From assembly GCA_045220525.1 (NCBI GenBank), contig JBGUVV010000338.1:1-34570 (forward strand): 34,570 nucleotides of DNA, in the 5' to 3' direction. Below, piece by piece: positions 17,663-25,556 of the stretch; the stretch's first letter is position 1, and the number at the start of each line of letters is the position of its first letter. The translations under genes and the position numbers were made by a program. Under the pieces are notes generated by a model. It worked only from the letters and a program-made list of their open reading frames with translations, had not been told where the DNA came from and ran no database searches. The DNA comes from Kiritimatiellia bacterium. GTDB taxonomy: Bacteria; Verrucomicrobiota; Kiritimatiellia; RFP12; UBA1067.

Positions 17663-18456
17663 CAGTTGACGAGCCCTTTCAGGAGCGGCTGCTTCGCGCA
17701 CCACGCCTTGAACTTCCGCACATACGTCTGCGGCGCGACGGGGACGGAGTCTATTACCGGCATGTAGCAATAGACGCGGTGGCGCTTGGAGGTATTCAGC
17801 TTCGAGCCGCTCCACGCGGCAGACGCGTGGCCATACTCGACGTCGTAGGCGAACTGCCCGACGCCTATGCGGCCGCCGCGCCTCTCGGGGAGCGAGATCG
17901 CCGAGTACGCGCCCGCAGGGAGGATAGTGTCGATGTAGACTGCGGTGGAGACCGCGACCTCGCGGTCGTGCGGCGGCACGTCGACGATGTAGTTTATCGT
18001 ACGGAACGTGACGAAGTTCATGATGCCGCCGAATATCTTGCCTACGAGCTTCCAGAACACGCTGCCGTCAGAGAAGGCCTTGCCGTTGAAGAAGTCGGAT
18101 ATCAGCCCGGACACGTACGTAATGGGGTTGTTTATCCGCTTGCAGCTGCCCTTCATGTACACGGAGCCGACGTCGGTGGCTACTTGGGCCACCCGGACGA
18201 GGTACTCCTTGCCTACGTTCTTGGCGGCGGAGCTCGGCGACGCGCCGCTGCCGTAGTAGTCGGCCATGTGGGCCTCGACGTCGGCGGCGAGGCGCGTGGC
18301 GACCTCGAGCTGCTGCTCGGTGCGGAGGATGCGAGTGAAGTCGGCCGCGAAGACGGCGGTGACGGCGACAAGCGGCGCGACGAAGGCGAACTCGAGCATC
18401 ACGCTCGCGCGTTCGCCGAAAAGCCGCAGCATTATCCGTCTTGCCGTATGGTCCAC
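17662..18456 (-). CDS. TadE-like pseudopilin/minor pilin (264 aa)
   Basis: GTG start at 18456 with an AAGGAGA RBS 5 nt upstream. The N-terminal GERASVMLEFAFVAPLVAV matches the TadE motif. Confidence 0.8.
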   Translation of the reverse strand: MDHTARRIMLRLFGERASVMLEFAFVAPLVAVTAVFAADFTRILRTEQQLEVATRLAADVEAHMADYYGSGASPSSAAKNVGKEYLVRVAQVATDVGSVYMKGSCKRINNPITYVSGLISDFFNGKAFSDGSVFWKLVGKIFGGIMNFVTFRTINYIVDVPPHDREVAVSTAVYIDTILPAGAYSAISLPERRGGRIGVGQFAYDVEYGHASAAWSGSKLNTSKRHRVYCYMPVIDSVPVAPQTYVRKFKAWCAKQPLLKGLVN

Positions 18457-18480
18457 GATGTCTCCTTAGCCTGTCTGGGA

Positions 18481-18489
18481 ATTATACCA
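18481..18489 (-). promoter_or_regulatory. Possible internal extended -10 promoter element inside the Tad-like operon
   Basis: The minus strand reads TGgTATAAT in the 41-nt gap between the TadG-like and TadE-like genes. It matches the extended -10 of the pyrH promoter over the 11-nt string TATGGTATAAT. There is no good -35. Confidence 0.35.
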
Positions 18490-18497
18490 TAAAACCC

Positions 18498-19679
18498 CTA
18501 GTGGTAGATGATGGCGTCGACAACGTAGCCAAACGCCTTGGCCCCCTTGTAGGCCACCTCCGACACTGGAACGAGCTTCGCCGTCGCGCCCGTGCCGAAC
18601 CCCGCCGGACGCTGGTTCGTCTTGTCGTCCTCGCTCTTCTTCGAGTGCGGCACCACGTCGCCGGTGACGCACTGCGCCGCCGCCACGGCGAAAACCGGGA
18701 ACTTGTGGGTCGTGCGGGACTTGTCGCCGTCGTTCAGGAACGCGTCTATCGGCATCGTGTGGATGTTCCCCGCGAACTTGAAGGCGATCCACATCACCGG
18801 GGCGGGCAGCACGTCGTCGTCCGTGACCTTGCCGCCGTCCATCTTGAGCCCCTCCTGGCTGCCGCGCTTCGAGACGTATGGCACGATCTCCCACGCCTTC
18901 CCCGCGCCGGTAAAGCTGTATATCTGCTTCCACGGGGAGTTCGACGACTCGAACACGCTTATCTTGCCCGCCTTCCACGGCGACTTCTTGGAGTCGGACT
19001 TCTCCGACTTGTCCAGCGGCAGGAAGAAGATGTCCTTGATGTTGTGAAACGACATGGGTATTGCGTAGAGACCGAGGTTCCACGAGTCGCCGTACTGCGC
19101 GGACGACGAGGCGGTGCTGAGCGCCGCGAGTGGATCCGCCTCGTTCTGCGCGGCGAGCTGCTGCGCGTTCCACACCCCGAACCAGGAAGACCCCCACACG
19201 TAGGCTATCTGTATGTACTTGAGAAACCTGTTGCATATCCACGTCGCCATCCAGCCTGCGGTCCCGCCGGCGATCACCGATATCGTGTGCATGGCGATCG
19301 CGAGCCCCTTGAAGATGATGCCCACGAACGGCGCGTTCGAAGCCGCGTCGAAGCCAAGCGCGATCGGCTCCAGCACCTTGGCTATGTTGCGCAGCTTCAC
19401 GGCGAGGGAAAGCGCCTCGTACATCTCGTCGTTTATGTTCTGCACGGCGTTCATGCCGCGCGCCTGCCATACGGCGTGCGCGAGCGCGGCGGAGTCCGCC
19501 GCGTTCTGGAGGCGCATCTTGGCCTTCGAGAGCTGCGCGGTGTTCCACGTCATCGTCAGCATCCCCATGACGAGGAAGATGACGAGAGCCACGACGACGC
19601 CGACGCTGCCGCGCTCGGAGGCAAGGCGCTCCGCGAGCAACTTTCCCGTTCCCCGTTTCCAGCTCCCCGTCAGTTCCAT
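18498..19679 (-). CDS. TadG-like protein (Tad_N-type N-terminus), 393-395 aa
   Basis: ERGSVGVVVALVIFLVMGM...LQNAADSAALAHA matches the TadG/Tad N-terminal motif. The ATG at 19679 lies 9 nt from GGAGG; the alternative GTG is at 19685. Confidence 0.8.
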   Translation of the reverse strand: MELTGSWKRGTGKLLAERLASERGSVGVVVALVIFLVMGMLTMTWNTAQLSKAKMRLQNAADSAALAHAVWQARGMNAVQNINDEMYEALSLAVKLRNIAKVLEPIALGFDAASNAPFVGIIFKGLAIAMHTISVIAGGTAGWMATWICNRFLKYIQIAYVWGSSWFGVWNAQQLAAQNEADPLAALSTASSSAQYGDSWNLGLYAIPMSFHNIKDIFFLPLDKSEKSDSKKSPWKAGKISVFESSNSPWKQIYSFTGAGKAWEIVPYVSKRGSQEGLKMDGGKVTDDDVLPAPVMWIAFKFAGNIHTMPIDAFLNDGDKSRTTHKFPVFAVAAAQCVTGDVVPHSKKSEDDKTNQRPAGFGTGATAKLVPVSEVAYKGAKAFGYVVDAIIYH

Positions 19680-22249
19680 ATCCACTTGCCTCCCGAATAA
19701 GTCTGGCGGTCCTTGTCGATGATCTGGCCCGAGTCGCTGCCGGGGGCGAGGGAGCCCGGCGAGTCCTCGGGAACCCCGTCGGCCTCGTCAACTACCTGGT
19801 CGGGCGTCTTGCCTTCGCGCTTCGCCTTGCCGGCGCTCGAAAGGCCCATCATCGCGCCATACTCGACCTCCTTCTGATAGGCGTCGTTGAGCTTCTGCTG
19901 GTAGGCGTTCAGCCTTGCAAGCATGTCGCGCGTGCCCTTGCCGATGTCATAGGGCATGTAGCCCGCCGGGATCTTGAATCCGGAGTCGCGCTCCGGGTCA
20001 AGGACGCGCAAGCTCTTCGCGGCCCCGACCATCCTGAGGCACGCGCGCGGGAAATGGGATTGCACGCAACGGGCGCGCGCGTCCATGAAGCCCTTGGCCG
20101 CGTTCTGGTATGTCGTCCACTCGTTCCTGAGCGCCTCCGCGGCGGCGTCGATCTCCTTGAGCTTGGACTTGAGCTTGGACTTGAGGATGGCCCACTTCTC
20201 CCGCGCCCTCTTCGCGGCGGCGTCGGGATCCTTCATCACCTCCTCGTCGGCGGGGTCGAACACGGGGTCGGTGTCGTCTCCGGTCCAGGACGACGTGCCG
20301 TGCTCCATGTTCTCGATGTCGGCGATTTCGTCCCTGACCAGCTTCGTGATGACGGCGAACGAGCCCTCGGCCTTCTTCGCCTTGTCCTGGATCTCGGCGT
20401 CCTGCTCCTTCCACGCCTCGAGGTCATGGCCCTCCTGCCACTTCACGAGGTTGTACACGTTCACCTTGTTGCGGTCGGCGAAGGCGCACACCTTTGCGTA
20501 GAGCGTCGATCTGTTGGCCTGCATGACGAAGACCCTCTGGTCGGACGGAACGGACGGATCGGCGACAAACTCGGCCACGCACGAGTTGAACACGGCCTGA
20601 TTGGCCAGGTATTTATTGCTGTAGCCGTTGATCGAGCTGTCCTTGTAGGCCAGCACCTTGCCCTGCCAGCCGTCGTACCAGGCGGCGAGGCCCGCGTTCC
20701 CGCTCGCGCTGCAGATGCTCTGGTGGTAGCTCTTGTGGTAGGAGCCGTCCCAGTGGAAGTAGTCGCGGTTGTGGTAGCTGTAGCCGCTGAAGTAGCCTTT
20801 TTCGTTAAGCGTGCTCGCCTTGGTGTCCTGGTCCCTGCCGTCGGTAAGCGCGCTCCAGCACCTCCCGTAGTCGCCGCCCACCGGGTAGCTGTCGCCGTCT
20901 TTCTCGTTGAATGACCACAGGTCCTTCAGCTCGGGAACGTACTTCCACCAGGTGGCGGACGCCACGTGGTACTTGCCGTCCCTGAACGACAGCGACTCGG
21001 TGCATATCCTGAACTTCATGCAGAACTTCACGTACTTGAGGTAGTCCTTCATCTCCTTGGCTATCTCGTCCAGCGCGGGGATCGACGTGCGGTTCGTGTA
21101 GGCGCCCGGGTCGAACGCCTTGGCCCCCTGGGAGTAGAGGTGCTCGTTCTGTATGTCGGGCTGCGGGAACACCATGCTGTGGCCCGTCGCGACCGGCCTC
21201 TTCGAAGACGCGACGCCGCGGCCGGACACCACCGGGAAGAGCCAGCCCGACTCGTAAGGCCAGTTGACCTCCACGTGGGCCATCGCAAGTCCGCCGTAGT
21301 TCGCAGGCCATCCGTGCGCCCCGGTGACGAAGAACCCGTCGCTCTTAGCCTCCTTGTCGACGACCTGCGGATAGACGAGGCGGCCGAGCGCGGCAAGCTT
21401 GGCGAACATGAAGGGGCCGTTCAGGTCGTCCATGTCGGTCACCGTGACGACCTCCTTGCCGATGGTCGACTTGGCCCGGGCGATCCTCACCGCCGCGCCG
21501 TATATCTGGCGGGCCATGCGCGCGCCGCCGCTCTTTCCGCTGAAAATCTCGTCGACCTTGATCCCGCCCTTCCCGAAGACGTTGTCGAATGCCGACTGCA
21601 GCGCGCTCTTTATCGCCTCCGCGATGGGCTTGAGCGCGACTTCCACGACCTTGTCGACAAGGTACTTCACAAGCTCGCTTACGAACTTCTCTATGCCCGT
21701 CCCGCCGCCGCTGAACGGGATCTTTATGTCGGCGACGGCGTTCTTTATCGTTTCGGCGATTCCGTCGGTCATCCCCTTGACCACGGCGTTGATGAGCGCG
21801 TCGAAGCCGTCGGCGAGCGCCTTCCCCGGGCTCGACCCGTAGTAGCCAATCCCGCATGTGGACATCAGGAATAGAGTCGCGATGTTGCCGCGGTTGTTGA
21901 ACTTGTTGGCCCCCTGGATCGCAGTGTCGAGGCCCGAAAGCGCCGCCTTGAGAGGAGCGGGGAGGGAACTGCCGGCGATGCCGGTCTTGGACTTCTTTGA
22001 AATGCCGCTTGAGTATTCGAGGCCGTCCGAGCCTCGCACCATGACGATGCGCCCGACCGTCCAGGCGGCGTGGTTCGCCATCACCTGCGCGTCCCAGAAG
22101 CCCACGATCTCGACAAGCGCGCTGCAGACGAGCACCAGGATCGGCGCGATGAGCGCGAACTCGGAAAACACCGACGCGCGAGGGGAGCCAAGTCTCCGCT
22201 TCGCGCGCTCAACTCGCTTGCCGTCGTTCCTCGTCAGCCACCGAAGCAC
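19670..22249 (-). CDS. Giant TadE-like protein (859 aa)
   Basis: GTG start at 22249, 9 nt after GGAG. The N-terminus RRLGSPRASVFSEFALIAPILVLV is a TadE motif. The remaining ~800 aa match no family I recognise: an aromatic/His-rich middle and a charged helical C-terminal third with a KSKLKSKLK repeat. Confidence 0.8.
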   Translation of the reverse strand: MLRWLTRNDGKRVERAKRRLGSPRASVFSEFALIAPILVLVCSALVEIVGFWDAQVMANHAAWTVGRIVMVRGSDGLEYSSGISKKSKTGIAGSSLPAPLKAALSGLDTAIQGANKFNNRGNIATLFLMSTCGIGYYGSSPGKALADGFDALINAVVKGMTDGIAETIKNAVADIKIPFSGGGTGIEKFVSELVKYLVDKVVEVALKPIAEAIKSALQSAFDNVFGKGGIKVDEIFSGKSGGARMARQIYGAAVRIARAKSTIGKEVVTVTDMDDLNGPFMFAKLAALGRLVYPQVVDKEAKSDGFFVTGAHGWPANYGGLAMAHVEVNWPYESGWLFPVVSGRGVASSKRPVATGHSMVFPQPDIQNEHLYSQGAKAFDPGAYTNRTSIPALDEIAKEMKDYLKYVKFCMKFRICTESLSFRDGKYHVASATWWKYVPELKDLWSFNEKDGDSYPVGGDYGRCWSALTDGRDQDTKASTLNEKGYFSGYSYHNRDYFHWDGSYHKSYHQSICSASGNAGLAAWYDGWQGKVLAYKDSSINGYSNKYLANQAVFNSCVAEFVADPSVPSDQRVFVMQANRSTLYAKVCAFADRNKVNVYNLVKWQEGHDLEAWKEQDAEIQDKAKKAEGSFAVITKLVRDEIADIENMEHGTSSWTGDDTDPVFDPADEEVMKDPDAAAKRAREKWAILKSKLKSKLKEIDAAAEALRNEWTTYQNAAKGFMDARARCVQSHFPRACLRMVGAAKSLRVLDPERDSGFKIPAGYMPYDIGKGTRDMLARLNAYQQKLNDAYQKEVEYGAMMGLSSAGKAKREGKTPDQVVDEADGVPEDSPGSLAPGSDSGQIIDKDRQTYSGGKWIWN

Positions 22250-22252
22250 GGC

Positions 22253-22747
22253 TTAGAACTCCTGGACGAAGACGGCTATAAGAGTGCCCAGGGTGATTGC
22301 AAGAGCATACGGCACCATCGGGGGGTTGCGAAGCCCCCTCGTCTTGCGCGGCATCCCCGCCATGATGCGGAAGACGTTCGCAAGAGTCGTCAAAAGAACG
22401 CCGTTCCACGCCATGATGGCGATTGCTATGAGGCCGCCCGCGATGCAGGTGTTGCAGACGACCCTAAGGGCCATCGGCCAGCCGACAATCGCGCCGACAG
22501 CCGCCATGAGCTTCATGTCGCCGCCGCCCACGACGCCCAAAAGGCAAAACGGGAGGAACAGCCCCCCCGCTATCGCCAGTCCAAGCGCGGACTCCGCAAG
22601 GCCGTCCAGGCCGCCCTCGATGCCGGCCGCCCCCACGCCGAGGGCGATCGAGCCCAGCGTGAGCCAGTTCGGAATCCTCCTCTCGCGTATCTCGCCGTAG
22701 CAGGCGAAGGCGAGGATGAACGGCAGGGATATCCAGACGATGGGCAT
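22253..22747 (-). CDS. tadV: Type IV prepilin peptidase, A24 family (CpaA/TadV-like)
   Basis: 164 aa and polytopic, with a GEIRERRIPN motif and GGGDMKLMAA (second catalytic Asp motif). Start codon overlaps the upstream gene's TAA stop by one nucleotide (minus-strand TAATG). Confidence 0.85.
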   Translation of the reverse strand: MPIVWISLPFILAFACYGEIRERRIPNWLTLGSIALGVGAAGIEGGLDGLAESALGLAIAGGLFLPFCLLGVVGGGDMKLMAAVGAIVGWPMALRVVCNTCIAGGLIAIAIMAWNGVLLTTLANVFRIMAGMPRKTRGLRNPPMVPYALAITLGTLIAVFVQEF

Positions 22748-22932
22748 TAGAAAATGGGAAGCTTTATGAGCATTTCCCTGAAGGAATAGTCAAGCCCCAT
22801 CCCCTTGAAGAACCAGCCGTTCGGCGTCATCAGCGTGACGGCGGCGCCAAGCATGATGAACGAGACGAGCGCGTATTCGAGATACACGCTCGCCCGTTCG
22901 GACCCGAGCCGACGCTTGAGTCGCTTAAGCAC
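22747..22932 (-). CDS. Mini TadE-like protein (61 aa)
   Basis: GTG start. KRRLGSERASVYLEYALVSFIML is nearly the same leader/TadE motif as the 859-aa protein (KRRLGSPRASVFSEFALIAPIL). There is no obvious RBS, so it is coding by homology of motif only. Confidence 0.55.
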   Translation of the reverse strand: MLKRLKRRLGSERASVYLEYALVSFIMLGAAVTLMTPNGWFFKGMGLDYSFREMLIKLPIF

Positions 22933-22938
22933 AGGACG

Positions 22939-23184
22939 TCAGTTCGTCTTCTGGCCGTTGTTGTTCTGGTTGTTGCCGCCGCTCTTGAAGCCCTGCGTCA
23001 GGTCGACCTTCTTGACCTCGACCGTCACCTTGTCGGTCTGGTCGCTGGTGGACGAGAACAGCTCCTTGAGCTTGTCGCCGAACAGCATGGCGGTCGTCGC
23101 GACGACGATGGCGACGAGGCCCGCGAGCAGCGCGTATTCAATGAACGTCGCACCCTTGCGGGCGCTGAATCCGATTTTCTTCAT
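22939..23184 (-). CDS. flp: Flp-family pilin, long form (81-aa precursor)
   Basis: MKKIGFSARKG/ATFIEYALLAGLVAIVVATTAMLF matches the Flp G/xxxxEY processing motif plus a hydrophobic helix. AAGGA RBS 8 nt upstream of the ATG at 23184. The hydrophilic C-terminal tail is unusually long and ends GGNNQNNNGQKTN. Confidence 0.85.
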   Translation of the reverse strand: MKKIGFSARKGATFIEYALLAGLVAIVVATTAMLFGDKLKELFSSTSDQTDKVTVEVKKVDLTQGFKSGGNNQNNNGQKTN

Positions 23185-23219
23185 TTTTGTTTTCCTTTTT
23201 GTTGGTACCAAAAAAAACT

Positions 23220-23244
23220 CGGCGTCACTTCGGCGTCACTTCGG
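23220..23244. repeat. 11-bp direct tandem duplication (CGGCGTCACTT x2.3) spanning the flp stop codon
   Basis: Read directly: 23220-23230 and 23231-23241 are identical, plus a partial CGG. On the minus strand this is GAAGTGACGCC GAAGTGACGCC followed by GAG and T8 (A8 at 23210-23217 on the plus strand). Confidence 0.9.
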
Positions 23245-23380
23245 TCGTCTTGTCGCCAAGCGAAGAGAAGAAATTGCAGATGCTCTTGCCGTATTTCATG
23301 ACGCCGACCGCGCCAACGATGCCGATCAACGCCGCCAGCAACGCGTATTCAAGGAACGCACTCCCCCTTTTCGCCCGCAT
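23225..23380 (-). CDS. flp: Flp-family pilin, short form (51-aa precursor; ORF could start as far up as 23410)
   Basis: [27 protein letters not shown] matches the Flp motif. GGAG lies 9 nt upstream of the ATG at 23380; in-frame ATGs at 23395 and 23410 lack an RBS. Confidence 0.85.
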   Translation of the reverse strand: MRAKRGSAFLEYALLAALIGIVGAVGVMKYGKSICNFFSSLGDKTTEVTPK

Positions 23381-23433
23381 TTTGCAAATCTCCATCTTTG
23401 TGTGCCGCATTTGAGAAACCGATTTCTTGCCGT

Positions 23434-23462
23434 ATTATATCAAAATCGCATATGACAGGCAA
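23434..23462 (-). promoter_or_regulatory. Putative sigma-70 promoter of the flp/Tad-like operon
   Basis: The minus strand reads TTGCCT (23462..23457), a 17-nt spacer, then TGaTATAAT (-10 hexamer 23439..23434), immediately downstream of the groEL terminator hairpin. Confidence 0.65.
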
Positions 23463-23464
23463 CA

Positions 23465-23492
23465 GGGGCTGCGGCCCAAAAGCCGCAGCCCC
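23465..23492 (-). terminator. Stem-loop terminator after groEL
   Basis: Perfect 11-bp GC-rich stem GGGGCTGCGGC / GCCGCAGCCCC with a 6-nt loop, 26 nt after the groEL stop. The trailing U-tract is weak (UGUUGCCUGU). Confidence 0.6.
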
Positions 23493-23517
23493 CGCATCTT
23501 GCCTTATGGCCGGCGCA

Positions 23518-25149
<1,632 letters not shown>

Positions 25150-25181
25150 TTCTTTATTCTCCAATTCCTTTTGTTAGGGTT

Positions 25182-25203
25182 CGGGGAAGACTGGTCTTCC
25201 CCG
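25182..25203 (-). other. Intercistronic stem-loop between groES and groEL
   Basis: CGGGGAAGA-CTGG-TCTTCCCCG, a 9-bp perfect stem with a 4-nt loop, inside the 63-nt groES-groEL spacer (25150-25212). Confidence 0.6.
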
Positions 25204-25212
25204 TCCGTTCCA

Positions 25213-25500
25213 TTACTTCTCAATCACTCCGAGGAGGTCCTCTTCGCGGACGAGCTGGAGCTTCTTGTCGCCGAGCTTGACTTCGGTGCCGCCGTATTTC
25301 GGGAGCAGCACGGTGTCGCCCTTCTTGACGTCGAACGCAATCTCCTTGCCGTCCTTGTCGAGCTTCTTGCCGACAGCAAGAACCTTGCCCTGCATGGGCT
25401 TCTCTTTCGCGGAGTCGGGGATGATGATTCCTCCGACGGTCTGCTCCTTTTCCTCGATCGGCTCAATGAGAACGCGATCGCCGAGTGGTCTGATGTTCAT
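25213..25500 (-). CDS. groS: Co-chaperonin GroES (Cpn10)
   Basis: [44 protein letters not shown] is canonical GroES. Confidence 0.97.
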   Translation of the reverse strand: MNIRPLGDRVLIEPIEEKEQTVGGIIIPDSAKEKPMQGKVLAVGKKLDKDGKEIAFDVKKGDTVLLPKYGGTEVKLGDKKLQLVREEDLLGVIEK

Positions 25501-25556
25501 TTGTTGTTGTTCCTTTCAGTTGCTTTGTTTTATAAACCCGTTGTTGGAGTTTTCCA

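Noticed and set aside
23184-23244. Idea that the 11-bp duplication split an ancestral flp-flp fusion gene
   Set aside because: I translated the single-copy version. The short-flp frame then runs into a stop about 13 codons later and is not in frame with the downstream flp, so removing a copy does not fuse the genes.
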